DNA of 64,000 nt, from the sequence record CP019900.1; one strand, given 5' to 3'. Under the pieces are notes generated by a model. It was not told where the DNA came from. It saw only the letters and a program-made list of their open reading frames with translations, and searched no databases. This DNA comes from a plasmid. The position numbers and the translations under genes are program-made. Numbering within the stretch: position 1 is the first letter of the stretch; each line of letters begins with the position of its first letter. Below, piece by piece: positions 27,690-40,112 of the stretch.

Positions 27690-28520
27690 ATGAAATTTGC
27701 TATTGCAACCCTGTTTGCTGCTGCTGCGTTTTCAACTTTTTCAACTTATGCGCAGGATACTATTCAGATTGCTACTGAAGGGGCTTATAAACCTTGGTCG
27801 TTCGTCAATGACAGCGGCAAGCTGGATGGTTTTGAAATTGACCTCACAAATGCGCTTTGCGCACGAATTAAGGCTGAATGCAAAGTATCAGCTCAGAACT
27901 GGGATGGGATGATCCCGGCACTCAAATCAGGCAAGTTTGATGCGATCGTAGCGGCAATGACGATTACGCCAAAGCGACAGGAAGTTATCGGATTTTCCGA
28001 AGCTTACGCAGCGTCACCTAATACGTTTATGGTGCTAAAAGATGGTCCTCTTGCGAACATGAAATCGACCGGAAAAACGTTCGATCTGTCAGACGCTGGA
28101 AACATGGCTGATGCAGAACTGGCTAATATGGCACGGGAACTCAGGGGAAAAACGGTTGGCGTTCAGGTGTCCACAACAGCGGCCTCTTTCCTGCACGACA
28201 AATTAAAAGGGGTAGAGGTTCGTGAATATAAAACGTTTGATGAGTCTGAACTTGATTTGCTTGCCGGACGCGTTGACGCAGTCATGGCAAACATCACCGT
28301 ATTGAGTGATGCGCTCAAACGGAAAGATGCAAGTATTGCCCAGCTTGCCGGTCCTACGCTGGTGGGGTCGCCGTTTAACTCTGTTGCAATAGGACTGCGT
28401 AAAGAAGATGCTGCACTGAAATCTCAGCTGGATGCCGGAATTAAATCTCTGCGTGACGACGGCACAATTAAAAAACTCAGTGAGAAATGGTTCGGGGTGG
28501 ATCTTTCTCCTCGCTCCTGA
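27690..28520 (+). CDS. Periplasmic octopine/nopaline-type (LAO family) substrate-binding protein 1
   Basis: 276 aa with signal peptide; ...IATEG.Y.PW.F....GKLDGFEIDL.NALC...K..C.....NWDG..P.L..GK.DAI.AAM..TPKRQEVIGFS..YA... matches recalled OccJ/NocT. Confidence 0.8.
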   Translation: MKFAIATLFAAAAFSTFSTYAQDTIQIATEGAYKPWSFVNDSGKLDGFEIDLTNALCARIKAECKVSAQNWDGMIPALKSGKFDAIVAAMTITPKRQEVIGFSEAYAASPNTFMVLKDGPLANMKSTGKTFDLSDAGNMADAELANMARELRGKTVGVQVSTTAASFLHDKLKGVEVREYKTFDESELDLLAGRVDAVMANITVLSDALKRKDASIAQLAGPTLVGSPFNSVAIGLRKEDAALKSQLDAGIKSLRDDGTIKKLSEKWFGVDLSPRS

Positions 28521-28719
28521 GATGAAGAGTGTTGCTGCAATTTTAAATCAGCAGGCTGGCGCACGTCGTCAGCCTGTTAACCTTCATATCCTGATTCTCC
28601 CGCGCTGGGCTGTTCGAAAATACTCCCTGCATGTTCATTTAAGAGGAGGATGAATGCACCCGATAAGCACACTGGACTCTTTCATAGTATTTAGTTATGA
28701 CCCTCTCGCTGGATGCGCG

Positions 28720-29631
28720 CTACTCTTTGGGGAGCATCAGCTCTTCCTGTAAAAATCTCCAGAATCCATCTGAAAACTCCGTTGTCAAATCACCCCGGCG
28801 GGATTCCACCGCGCTAAGCTCCGTGAAACCCGCTTCAAGAGAGGGTTCAAAACGTCTGATGATCAGTCCTCTGTCCAGAAACTCGGATGCAGCAAAGTGG
28901 TCGATAACGGCAATAGCCCCACCTTCGAGCACGATTGAACAGGCCGTCAGTGACTGGTTGGTTTCAATCGTTGATGTGCGTTCGATACCCTCAAGAATCA
29001 GACTCAGTCTTTTTGAATAGGTTGAGCCGGGATCCACTTCGATGATGTTTTCACCAATAAGATCGCTGCGGGTCAGCACCATTTTTTCAGCCAGCGGGTG
29101 GCCTTGCGGCAGGGCCACCACGGCATCAATTGAACGCTGGCGACAAAGCATACCTGCACGGTTGAACTGAAAATCCACATAGCCCAGTTCAGCATCACCC
29201 GAGGCGACTTTTTCGATAACAGCGGGTGACGTCGCTGCTTCGAGAGAGACGTGCAGACCTTTTCGGCCCCGGACAAAGCGCCCTACATAGCGCGCAAGCA
29301 TACCCGCTGCCAGAGCTGGCATGGCAAATATTCGCAGCGTACCGGCGAAGTTACGACCAATATCCTGCGCCGCACGTCCTATCCGGTCCAGTCCCACAAA
29401 GGCACTCTGTACTTCCCGCATTAACGTGAACGCAGCCGGCGTCGGAAGCAGCCGGTTGCCGCGCCGATCAAACAGATGAAGATTAGTTGCCCTTTCAAAA
29501 TCGGCAATCAGCCGGCTGACGGCGGGCTGAGTCACAAACATGAGCTCGGCCGCGGCGGTTATCTGTCCTGTCAGCATTACTGCCCGGAATGCTTCGACCT
29601 GTCTTAGATTTAGGCGGTGCGTCTGGTGCAT
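28720..29631 (-). CDS. LysR-family regulator, OccR/NocR-like
   Basis: N-terminus LNLRQVEAFRAVMLTGQITAAAELMFVTQPAVSRLIADFE and downstream blocks match recalled OccR; divergent from the permease operon. Confidence 0.8.
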   Translation of the reverse strand: MHQTHRLNLRQVEAFRAVMLTGQITAAAELMFVTQPAVSRLIADFERATNLHLFDRRGNRLLPTPAAFTLMREVQSAFVGLDRIGRAAQDIGRNFAGTLRIFAMPALAAGMLARYVGRFVRGRKGLHVSLEAATSPAVIEKVASGDAELGYVDFQFNRAGMLCRQRSIDAVVALPQGHPLAEKMVLTRSDLIGENIIEVDPGSTYSKRLSLILEGIERTSTIETNQSLTACSIVLEGGAIAVIDHFAASEFLDRGLIIRRFEPSLEAGFTELSAVESRRGDLTTEFSDGFWRFLQEELMLPKE

Positions 29632-29913
29632 AACATCTCCTTATGACGCAATTCTCCTGTACCGGTAAAATCCTTGAATCCTGTGAGCAGAGATCTGTAA
29701 AGCTACAGGTGAATACAGTAAGGAGGAGTTGAGGTCATAAATAATCAGTATTCAGCTCAAACTAACACCAAAATCCCACGTGATTCAATGTGTAATAGGA
29801 AGCATAATATTTAGTAATGCAAGGTCGGCAAATTTTGATTTTTCACATTCGCCATTCCGTTGCAACACTGCTGTAACAGTGAATAAGCATTTGTGCAATA
29901 CGAAGGTTGAGCT

Positions 29914-30633
29914 ATGTCGATATTTGAACTTTTCTCGTTCGGAGAGGGAGGGTGGGGTTATCTGCTGCTGAGTGCGTTGATAACCACGCTTGGCCTCGCT
30001 ATCGCAGGGATGTGCCTGGGTGCAGTGTTTGGCATTTGTGGCGCGCTTTCTGCCTTATCTGGCATACACGTGTTGCAAGCCTTGACCCGTGTTTACACCA
30101 CTATTATGAGGGGCATTCCCGATCTGCTCGTTGTTTATTTGTTTTACTTCGGGTCATCAAGCGCTCTGACAGCGATAGCACATTTGTTCGGGGCAAAGGG
30201 ATTTGTCGGAGCGCCGGAATTTGCCATTGGCGTCTTTGCGCTGGGGATTGTTTCGGGTGCTTACCTTACGGAAGTTTTCCGTGGAGCGATTCAGGCTATC
30301 GATAAAGGTGAAATAGAGGCTGCGCTGGCTTTTGGCATGCGCCTTCGCCAGCGAATGGTTCGGATTGTTCTGCCACTTGCCTTCCGACATGCACTGTCCG
30401 GGATTGGTAATGTCTGGCAGATGGTTCTGAAAGAAACGGCGTTGCTGTCTGTCATTGGCGTGGTCGAACTTATGCGACAGTCGCAAATTGCCGGCGGTTC
30501 AACGCACAAATATTTTACGTTCTACCTGGCGGCCGCGCTGATTTACTTCGCTATTTCATGGATATCAGGGCGTGGTTTTGCCCGCGCAGAAAAATATACC
30601 ATGCGATCCCTTAACCGCAATTCAGGGCAATAA
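29914..30633 (+). CDS. ABC permease (OccQ/HisQ-like)
   Basis: 239-aa polytopic protein with EAA-like loop ...EAALAFGM... Confidence 0.8.
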   Translation: MSIFELFSFGEGGWGYLLLSALITTLGLAIAGMCLGAVFGICGALSALSGIHVLQALTRVYTTIMRGIPDLLVVYLFYFGSSSALTAIAHLFGAKGFVGAPEFAIGVFALGIVSGAYLTEVFRGAIQAIDKGEIEAALAFGMRLRQRMVRIVLPLAFRHALSGIGNVWQMVLKETALLSVIGVVELMRQSQIAGGSTHKYFTFYLAAALIYFAISWISGRGFARAEKYTMRSLNRNSGQ

Positions 30634-30635
30634 AC

Positions 30636-31355
30636 ATGCTAAACGAAGCCACGTTCATCTATGAAATGTTTATTCGCATGCTGCCCGGTATTCCTCTGAC
30701 ACTGCAGCTTGCAGCAACGTCTATTGCATGCGGTGGTTGCCTTGGGCTGGTGCTGGCCCTGATGCGAACCTCAGGCTGGGCATTGCTGGATGCATTTGCG
30801 CGTGCCTACATCGCCCTTTTCCGTGGAACCCCACTTCTTGTCCAGATTTACCTGATTTATTACGGTCTGAGCCAGTACCCTGAGCTGCGGTCCAGTGTGC
30901 TTTGGCCGCTCCTGCGCCAGCCATGGTGGTGTGCTGTTCTGGCGATGTCACTGAATACGGCAGCGTACGTCGCGGAGATTATTCGCGGCTCAATTATCAC
31001 CGTGCCAAGAGGGCAGGTTGAAGCCGCCATGGCTTGTGGCATGAGCACCGTACTGATGTACCGCCGCATCATTATCCCACAGGCTCTGGTTCGCATGCTC
31101 CCAGCATATGGCAATGAAATCATCCTGATGGTGAAAGCCACCGCCCTGGCCTCAACAATCACGCTGATGGAGGTCACGGGGCTTGCAGCACAGGCGATTT
31201 CAGAAACCTATCGCCCGGTCGAAGTTTTTGCCGCTGCCGGTGTTATTTATCTGGGACTGAATTTCCTGATGGTCAGCATTATTCGGTTGCTTGAGAAAAA
31301 GACCTCAACGGAGGCATCGTCCGGGAAACAAACGCTCAAACGAAGCTATTTCTGA
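30636..31355 (+). CDS. ABC permease (OccM/HisM-like)
   Basis: 239 aa; ...EAAMACGMS... EAA loop; 2-nt spacing from the previous permease. Confidence 0.8.
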   Translation: MLNEATFIYEMFIRMLPGIPLTLQLAATSIACGGCLGLVLALMRTSGWALLDAFARAYIALFRGTPLLVQIYLIYYGLSQYPELRSSVLWPLLRQPWWCAVLAMSLNTAAYVAEIIRGSIITVPRGQVEAAMACGMSTVLMYRRIIIPQALVRMLPAYGNEIILMVKATALASTITLMEVTGLAAQAISETYRPVEVFAAAGVIYLGLNFLMVSIIRLLEKKTSTEASSGKQTLKRSYF

Positions 31356-31455
31356 TTTCGCCAACCCGGTGATGTTTACAGCCGGGAGTTTACCGGCACG
31401 CTGCGTTCCAGCGTGCCGATTGAAACCAACATCACAAAAAAATCAGGACAGTAAA

Positions 31456-32292
31456 ATGAAACTAGCCCTTGCCACACTCATTGCCATTCTCTCCGCAGCA
31501 GCAGTTCCTGCACAGGCTCAGGACACCATTAAAATTGCAACCGAAGCCTCTTTTGCCCCCTGGTCCTTTACCAACGCATCAGGAAAGCTTGATGGATTTG
31601 AAATTGAATTTGCAGATGCGCTGTGCACCCGTATTCAAGCGAAGTGCCTGGTCAGCAACCAGAGCTGGGATGGTCTGATCCCCTCGCTGAATGCCGGAAA
31701 ATACGATGCGATTGTTGCCTCTATGAGCATTACGCCGAAACGCCTGGAGGTTATTGACTTCTCTTCACCTTACGCTGCCTCCACTAACTCGTTCCTGGTT
31801 TTAAATGGAAGCCCTGCAGGCGATTTAGACTCCACCGGCATCAACCTGGGTCTGGAAGCGGATAAAGAAAAAGCTGATAAAGCCATCGGAATTATCGATA
31901 AACAACTGAGTGGAAAAATCGTTGGGGTACAGGCTTCAACCACGGGAGCCACATTCATGGCATCACGCTTACCGTCAGCTGAAGTGCGCGAATACAAGAC
32001 CATGGATGAAGCCACGATGGATCTTGCTGCTGGCCGTATTGATGCGCTGCTGGGCAACGTCACTGTACTGCAGACGTCGCTTAAGCGGGACGATATGAAA
32101 GATGCGAAGCTGACCGGTCCGCTCTTCCAGGGTAAAGCTTTCGGGGAAGTGGGCATCGGACTGCGTAAGGGCGACAGCGCGCTTAAAGAACAGCTTAATA
32201 GCGGAATTAAATCACTGAGTCAGGACGGTACCCTCAAAAAGCTGAGCATCAAATGGTTTGGTGTGGATATAACACCGTCTGCCGTTAAATAA
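31456..32292 (+). CDS. Periplasmic octopine/nopaline-type substrate-binding protein 2
   Basis: start MKLALATLIAILSAAAVPAQAQDT (signal peptide) inside ORF 31291-32292; paralog of SBP1. Confidence 0.75.
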   Translation: MKLALATLIAILSAAAVPAQAQDTIKIATEASFAPWSFTNASGKLDGFEIEFADALCTRIQAKCLVSNQSWDGLIPSLNAGKYDAIVASMSITPKRLEVIDFSSPYAASTNSFLVLNGSPAGDLDSTGINLGLEADKEKADKAIGIIDKQLSGKIVGVQASTTGATFMASRLPSAEVREYKTMDEATMDLAAGRIDALLGNVTVLQTSLKRDDMKDAKLTGPLFQGKAFGEVGIGLRKGDSALKEQLNSGIKSLSQDGTLKKLSIKWFGVDITPSAVK

Positions 32293-32348
32293 AAAAGCAA
32301 TCGCAAAATATTAATTAAATTTATTTTTGATATCGCTTCCTTGTATGT

Positions 32349-32372
32349 GTCATTTAATGGCCTGCATGCAGG
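32349..32372 (+). terminator. Rho-independent terminator after SBP2
   Basis: GGCCTGCATGCAGGCC then TATTTTTTAT. Confidence 0.55.
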
Positions 32373-32516
32373 CCTATTTTTTATAGTTACAGGGTTGCCG
32401 AAACAAATAAGAGTCATATTCACACGCAAAAAGTATATGCGTAATGAGGGGCGCAGATTGCTGATACCCTACAGGGTTTCCTGCGCCTGAAATAAGACAG
32501 AATACTGAGGTTCATC

Positions 32517-33746
32517 GTGAACGAGACGAATATTCAACGCAGTAATTTCGACAGCCTGATGGTTCCCGCTTATTCGCCAGCAGAATTTATTCCCGTAAGA
32601 GGAAAAGGTTCCCATCTCTGGGATCAGGCCGGTAATCAGTATATAGACCTTGCTGGTGGCATCGCGGTTAATGCCTTGGGACACGCCCATCCCGTAGCCG
32701 TTCAGGCGCTGCAGGAGCAGGGCAATCTTCTCTGGCACCTCGGTAACGGTTATACCAATGAACCGGTATTGCGTCTGGCAAAACAACTGACAGAGTCAAC
32801 CTTTGCCGATAAAGCCTTCTTCTGCAATTCCGGTGCAGAGGCCAATGAGGCGGCACTGAAGCTGGCCCGTAAGGTGGCGCGCGATAACGGCCAGCCAGGT
32901 AAAACCGGCATTATTGCCTTTAACAATGCCTTTCATGGGCGCACCCTGTTTACCGTGAGCGCCGGTGGTCAGCCAAAATACTCCGAAGAGTTCGCACCGT
33001 TACCACAGGGCATTGAACACGTGCCTTATAACGACCTGGCGGCAGTCGCTGACCTGATCAGCAACGAAACCTGCGCGGTAATTGTTGAGCCGGTTCAGGG
33101 GGAAGGTGGTGTTCTCCCGGCTGACGCGGATTTTCTGCAGGGACTGAGAGCACTGTGTGACAAGCATAAGGCACTGCTCATTTTCGATGAAGTGCAGACA
33201 GGCGTGGGACGTACCGGTGACCTCTATGCGTATATGGCCTATGGCGTTGTGCCTGATGTGCTGACCACGGCAAAAGCGCTGGGTGGTGGATTTCCGATCG
33301 GCGCAATGCTGACCACTGATGCACTGGCGGCATCTATGTCCCCTGGAACGCACGGCACGACATACGGTGGCAATCCGCTGGCGTCAGCGGTGGCTGGCGC
33401 CGTATTTAACTTCATCAATACGCCTGAAGTGCTTGAGGGCGTTCGTGAACGACACCGCTATTTTGTTGAGGGCATTTCGCGCCTCAACGAGAAATTCGGT
33501 GTGTTTACCGAAATCCGCGGCGCAGGCCTGCTGCTCGGTTGCCAGATGGAAAGCCGGTTTAGTGGCAAAGCGAAGCAGCTCACAACGCTTGCCAGCGAAG
33601 AAGGATTGCTTTTGCTGATTGCCGGGCCGAACGTCGTGCGTCTCACGCCTTCCCTGATCATTCCGTTTGCTGACATCGATGAGGGACTTCACCGTCTTGA
33701 GCGCGCGATGACCCGATTCGTTGCAACACAGGCACCGCAGTCATGA
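32517..33746 (+). CDS. astC: Succinylornithine transaminase
   Basis: GTG start after GAGG; near-colinear with recalled E. coli AstC (…[30 protein letters not shown]…). Confidence 0.85.
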   Translation: MNETNIQRSNFDSLMVPAYSPAEFIPVRGKGSHLWDQAGNQYIDLAGGIAVNALGHAHPVAVQALQEQGNLLWHLGNGYTNEPVLRLAKQLTESTFADKAFFCNSGAEANEAALKLARKVARDNGQPGKTGIIAFNNAFHGRTLFTVSAGGQPKYSEEFAPLPQGIEHVPYNDLAAVADLISNETCAVIVEPVQGEGGVLPADADFLQGLRALCDKHKALLIFDEVQTGVGRTGDLYAYMAYGVVPDVLTTAKALGGGFPIGAMLTTDALAASMSPGTHGTTYGGNPLASAVAGAVFNFINTPEVLEGVRERHRYFVEGISRLNEKFGVFTEIRGAGLLLGCQMESRFSGKAKQLTTLASEEGLLLLIAGPNVVRLTPSLIIPFADIDEGLHRLERAMTRFVATQAPQS

Positions 33747-34767
33747 TGCTTATCCGCCACGCGGAACCCCGCGATCTGGATGATTTGCTGATTCTGGCTG
33801 AAAAAGCCGGATTCGGACTGACGTCACTGCCGGTCAATGACGTCACGCTGGCCGCACGCATCGAACGTGCACGAAAAACGCTGCGCGGAGAGCTCGATAA
33901 AATGGATCAGGGCTATGTGCTGGTGCTGGAAGATACGGCGGTTGGCCGCGTGGTGGGTATCAGTGCCATTGAGGTGGCCGTTGGTCTCTCTGAGCCCTGG
34001 TATAACTTCCGCGTCGGCAATCAGGTTCATGCCTCAAGAGAACTCAGTGTATATAAGGCGATGCCTACGCTCTATCTGAGTAATGACTTAACCGGTCACA
34101 GCGAGCTCTGCACGCTTTTCCTGGACCCGGATTACCGGCACAGCCACAACGGCAAGCTCCTGTCCAAAATCCGTTTGCTGTTTATTTCGGCGTTCCGTGA
34201 GCACTTTTCTCCCAAAGTCATTGCGGAGATGCGCGGCTACTCTGATGAGAACGGGCGCTCTCCGTTCTGGGCCGCGCTCGGACAGCACTTTTTCAACATG
34301 GACTTTGTCCGGGCAGACTACCTCAGCGGTACCGGGCAGAAGGCGTTTATCGCAGAACTGATGCCGCGAAACCCGCTATATATCGACTTCCTGCCCGCTG
34401 ATGCCCGTGAAGTCATCAGCGTGGTGCATCCACACACGGAACCCGCCAGAAAGCTGCTCGAAGCTGAGGGCCTGAGCTATCAGGGATTCGTAGATATCTT
34501 TGATGGTGGCCCCACGCTTGAGGCTGAACTCAGCAAGCTCCGGGTGATGCGTGAAAGCAAATGTCTCCGGGCTGTCTGCGGCCAGCCGCCGGCCGAGGGG
34601 GTGCTTTGTCTGGTTTCAAACACAAACTACCTGAACTATCGCGCTGTTCTCAGCACTTTCACCCCAGAAGCAGACACCGTTGCTCTGACCGAGGCTGACT
34701 GCGACGCTCTTGGCATCGGTGAAGGGGATCAGGTTCACATCGTTGCGCTCAACTCACGGGAAACATT

Positions 34768-34771
<4 letters not shown>
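33743..34771 (+). CDS. astA: Arginine N-succinyltransferase
   Basis: [13 protein letters not shown]... aligns with recalled AstA (MMVIRPVERSDV...). Confidence 0.85.
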
Positions 34772-36245
<1,474 letters not shown>

Positions 36246-36256
36246 TGGAGCCAATC

Positions 36257-37594
36257 ATGTCAGGAACTGAAGTCAATTTTGATGGGCTGGTAGGCCCGAC
36301 GCACCACTATGCGGGGCTGTCCTTCGGGAATGAAGCGTCCACCAGGTACCGTAATACCGTTGCCAATCCCAGGCTGGCGGCAAAGCAGGGGCTGATGAAA
36401 ATGAAGGCCCTTGCCGATATGGGCATGATCCAAGGGGTGATGGCTCCGCATGAACGCCCCCATATTCCTCAGCTGCGCAGGCTGGGATTCAGCGGCAGCG
36501 ATGAGGCCATTTTGCAGCAGGCGATGCGGTATTCGCCTCAGTTGTTATCAGCCCTGTGCTCGGCCTCTTCCATGTGGACGGCGAATGCGGCAACGGTCTC
36601 GCCATCAGCGGACAGCCGGGATGGTCGTGTCCACTTCACGGCGGCGAATCTGAATAACAAGTTCCATCGCTCGATAGAGCCGGAGACGACCTCCGCGCTT
36701 CTGCGCGCCATGTTCCGAAGCGAGGCCCATTTCGCACATCACGATTCCCTCCCGCAGGTGGCAATGATGGGGGATGAAGGGGCGGCCAACCATAACCGAC
36801 TTGGTGGAGACTATGGTTCGAAAAGCGTTCAGGTCTTCGTATACGGCCAGCATATGCTCGGCTCTGTGCCGGGGCCTTCCCGTTATCCTGCCCGTCAGAC
36901 ACGCGAGGCCAGCGAAGCAATAGCCCGGCTGCATCAGCTGGATCCGGATTACACCGTGTTTGTGCAGCAAAACCCTGACGTCATCGATCAGGGGGTGTTC
37001 CATAACGACGTGATAGCCGTCAGCAATCAGCAGGTGCTCTTTGTGCACCAGCAGGCTTTTCTGCAGCAGGCGTCGGCGCTGGATGAAATACGTCGCAAAG
37101 TCGCGCTGACCGGGCGTGAGCTGGTCACGATTGAGGTTCCATCAGACAGCGTTTCGGTCCCGGAGGCGGTGAGCACCTATCTTTTCAACAGCCAGCTGCT
37201 GACGCGCCGTGACGGGGGTATGACGCTGGTTGTGCCTGAAGAATGCCGTCAGAATCCGCGCGTCTGGGCATATCTGTCAGAAATGACGTCAACCACGCCG
37301 GTGGACCAGGTCTGTGTGTTTGATCTGAGGGAGAGTATGCGTAACGGCGGCGGACCCGCGTGCCTGCGTCTGCGCGTGGCGCTGACGGAGCAGGAACTGT
37401 CCGCTGTAAACCCAGATGTGCTCCTTGATGACGCTCTGTACAGCAGGCTGGACCGCTGGATTGAGCGCCACTATCGCGACCGGCTGACCCAGGAAGATTT
37501 GGCCGATCCTTCACTGCTACGGGAAAGCCGTACGGCTCTGGATGAACTGACCATCATTCTCGGGCTGGGGTCTGTTTATCCGTTCCAGCAATAA
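36257..37594 (+). CDS. astB: N-succinylarginine dihydrolase
   Basis: [28 protein letters not shown]... matches recalled AstB. Confidence 0.85.
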   Translation: MSGTEVNFDGLVGPTHHYAGLSFGNEASTRYRNTVANPRLAAKQGLMKMKALADMGMIQGVMAPHERPHIPQLRRLGFSGSDEAILQQAMRYSPQLLSALCSASSMWTANAATVSPSADSRDGRVHFTAANLNNKFHRSIEPETTSALLRAMFRSEAHFAHHDSLPQVAMMGDEGAANHNRLGGDYGSKSVQVFVYGQHMLGSVPGPSRYPARQTREASEAIARLHQLDPDYTVFVQQNPDVIDQGVFHNDVIAVSNQQVLFVHQQAFLQQASALDEIRRKVALTGRELVTIEVPSDSVSVPEAVSTYLFNSQLLTRRDGGMTLVVPEECRQNPRVWAYLSEMTSTTPVDQVCVFDLRESMRNGGGPACLRLRVALTEQELSAVNPDVLLDDALYSRLDRWIERHYRDRLTQEDLADPSLLRESRTALDELTIILGLGSVYPFQQ

Positions 37595-37639
37595 ACGTAA
37601 CCCCGGCAGGCCTATCTGTCCGGGTGCAGGAGTACAGCA

Positions 37640-38641
37640 ATGAATTTTTTCCTGGAAGATACTCTCCGGAGCACCATACCTCAGCTTCAGAGAGGAGAGA
37701 GGCAAAATCTGCACTGGCGCTGGCTGGGGGAGGGGATCATGGAGTTGACCCCGACTACGGGATACCGGGAGTCCGTGGTTATTTCGGCGGGGATACACGG
37801 AAATGAAACGGCACCAATTGAGCTGCTGGATCTTATTCTGAGCGATTTGCTCTCCGGAAAGCTGGCACTGCGCGTACGTCTTCTGGTTATCCTGGGTAAT
37901 CCTCCCGCTATGCGTGCTGGTAAGCGATATCTGTCGACGGATATGAACCGTATGTTCAGCGGGCGCCATAAAGATTTTACGCCCAGTTACGAAACAGAGC
38001 GCACGCGCAAACTGGAAGCCGTGATGACAGCTTTCTGGTCAACAAGCTCATCGGTAAAGGGCGCCTCTCGTTTCCACTACGATTTACACACGGCGATTAA
38101 AGGCTCCCATCTGCCGCGCTTCGGTTTGCTTCCCTTCCAGAACCGCCCATATCACCGTGAACTGTTAAAACGACTTGAAGCAGCCGATCTGGATGCTCTG
38201 GTAATGCACCAGGAGACCGGAAATACCTTCAGTCACTTTAGCAGTGAGCAGTTTCTGGCAGAGAGTTGCACGCTGGAGTTGGGCAAAGCGAATCCTTTTG
38301 GTGAAAACAAGCTATCGGATTTCAGGGCAATAGACCGTGTGCTTCGGGCCCACCTTGGTGGCCTGCCGTTTCCGCACAGAAGTTTGCCACCGGTACGCCT
38401 CTTCCGGGTGGATCGTACGCTTGTCAAACATGCCGATGACTTTGAGCTGGGGGTGCCTTCAGAGACGCTTAATTTCACTCAATTTGAAAAAGGTGCAGTC
38501 CTGTGCCGGGAAAATGGTTCTGAACAGCGCGTTGAAAACGATCAGGAGTGGATGCTCTTTCCAAACCCCGGTGTTCAGACCGGTATGCGGGCGGGGCTGA
38601 TGCTGACGGAACTTAACCGATGGGTTCATTCTTCGCCCTAA
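37640..38641 (+). CDS. astE: Succinylglutamate desuccinylase
   Basis: ...WRWLGEG..ELTP......VISAGIHGNETAP.E.LD... matches recalled AstE. Confidence 0.8.
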   Translation: MNFFLEDTLRSTIPQLQRGERQNLHWRWLGEGIMELTPTTGYRESVVISAGIHGNETAPIELLDLILSDLLSGKLALRVRLLVILGNPPAMRAGKRYLSTDMNRMFSGRHKDFTPSYETERTRKLEAVMTAFWSTSSSVKGASRFHYDLHTAIKGSHLPRFGLLPFQNRPYHRELLKRLEAADLDALVMHQETGNTFSHFSSEQFLAESCTLELGKANPFGENKLSDFRAIDRVLRAHLGGLPFPHRSLPPVRLFRVDRTLVKHADDFELGVPSETLNFTQFEKGAVLCRENGSEQRVENDQEWMLFPNPGVQTGMRAGLMLTELNRWVHSSP

Positions 38642-38682
38642 AGACCGCATTTCATGAATATTCGATTTACCGGGGAAAACCT

Positions 38683-39456
38683 ATGTCAGAAACAAAATTA
38701 GTTGTAACCGAACTGCACAAGAAATATGGCGAACATGAAGTTCTCAAAGGGGTATCCCTCACGGCCAGTTCAGGTGATGTGATATCAATCATCGGGTCAT
38801 CCGGTTCGGGTAAAAGCACGTTTTTACGCTGTATCAATTTCCTTGAAAAACCCAGTGAGGGAACGATTCGAATTGGCAATACAGATGTTGGTCTGGTTCG
38901 AGACAAAGATGGCGAACTTCGGGTCTTTGATAAAAATCAGCTGCAATTGTTAAGAACGCGCCTTGCCATGGTATTCCAGGGCTTCAATTTATGGAGCCAC
39001 ATGACGGTACTGGAAAACGTCATGGAATGCCCTGTGCACGTTTTAGGCGTCAGTAAGGAAGAGGCCCGTAATAAGGCCGTAGCCTATCTGAATAAGGTCA
39101 ATATCAGCGAGCAGGCTTTCAACCGACATCCATCTCAGTTATCTGGTGGACAGCAGCAACGCGTGTCCATTGCCCGTGCGCTGGCGATGGAGCCTGAAGT
39201 TATTCTGTTTGATGAACCTACGTCAGCACTGGATCCGGAGCTGGTAGGCGAGGTGCTTAAAATCATGCAGCAGCTTGCTGAAGAAGGGAAGACGATGATA
39301 GTGGTAACTCACGAAATGGAGTTTGCACGCCATGTGTCGAACAAGGTGGTGTTTCTGCATCAGGGCAAAATTGAAGAGCAGGGCTCTCCACAAGAGTTAT
39401 TTGATAATCCTAAGAGTCTGCGTCTTCAGCAGTTTTTATCAGGTTCACTGAAATAA
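38683..39456 (+). CDS. Polar amino acid/opine ABC transporter ATP-binding protein (HisP/OccP-like)
   Basis: Walker A GSSGSGKST, signature LSGGQQQRV, Walker B ILFDEPTSALD; ATG at 38683 inside ORF 38620-39456. Confidence 0.8.
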   Translation: MSETKLVVTELHKKYGEHEVLKGVSLTASSGDVISIIGSSGSGKSTFLRCINFLEKPSEGTIRIGNTDVGLVRDKDGELRVFDKNQLQLLRTRLAMVFQGFNLWSHMTVLENVMECPVHVLGVSKEEARNKAVAYLNKVNISEQAFNRHPSQLSGGQQQRVSIARALAMEPEVILFDEPTSALDPELVGEVLKIMQQLAEEGKTMIVVTHEMEFARHVSNKVVFLHQGKIEEQGSPQELFDNPKSLRLQQFLSGSLK

Positions 39457-39484
39457 ACCATTAATCAGTTTATCAGGAATAAAA

Positions 39485-39841
39485 ATGAGTAACGATATTC
39501 AAAGAATACAGAGTAATGAGCGTCTCAGTCGGGTTGTAGTCCACAACGGTATCGCCTATTTGTCAGGTGTGACAGCAAACGATACGACAACCGGCGTAAT
39601 GGCGCAGACTTCGGATGTGTTGGGCAAGATTGATGCCTATCTCGAATTGGCTGGAACCGACAAATCCCGTCTTTTGTCCGTACAAATTTGGCTGAGGGAT
39701 ATCGACAGAGATTTTGATGATATGAACAAAGCCTGGGCTCAATGGATACCAGAAGGGTCTGCACCTGCCAGAGCAACGGGTGAGGGCCGGCTGGCAGGTG
39801 CGGATATTTTGGTTGAAATGATTGTTACTGCTGCAATCTAA
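39485..39841 (+). CDS. RidA/YjgF family enamine/imine deaminase
   Basis: 118 aa, YjgF-like. Confidence 0.7.
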   Translation: MSNDIQRIQSNERLSRVVVHNGIAYLSGVTANDTTTGVMAQTSDVLGKIDAYLELAGTDKSRLLSVQIWLRDIDRDFDDMNKAWAQWIPEGSAPARATGEGRLAGADILVEMIVTAAI

Positions 39842-40112
39842 TTCGTAAAAATAAATATTTTTTTAACCCTCGGCTGGAGATCCCGGCCGATAATGATTCT
39901 GAACCGAAAATCCTTCTTCATTCAGTATCAGAGCCCCGGGCTTTATACATACTCCCCTATACGTTGACTAAGTTCTGATAACCACTATTAAAAAAATTTT
40001 CTGGGTTACTTTAGCTACTTTCCTCTCACTGTCTTTCATATCTAATTAAGTGATGACATAAAAGTATACCCTAATGTCACAACATGAATTTAACCTGTTT
40101 AGGGGGCTGAGG

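Noticed and set aside
31291-31455. Upstream extension of the SBP2 ORF (start at 31291)
   Set aside because: The extension overlaps the end of the permease gene, encodes an Arg-rich non-signal sequence, and a canonical signal peptide begins at Met 31456.
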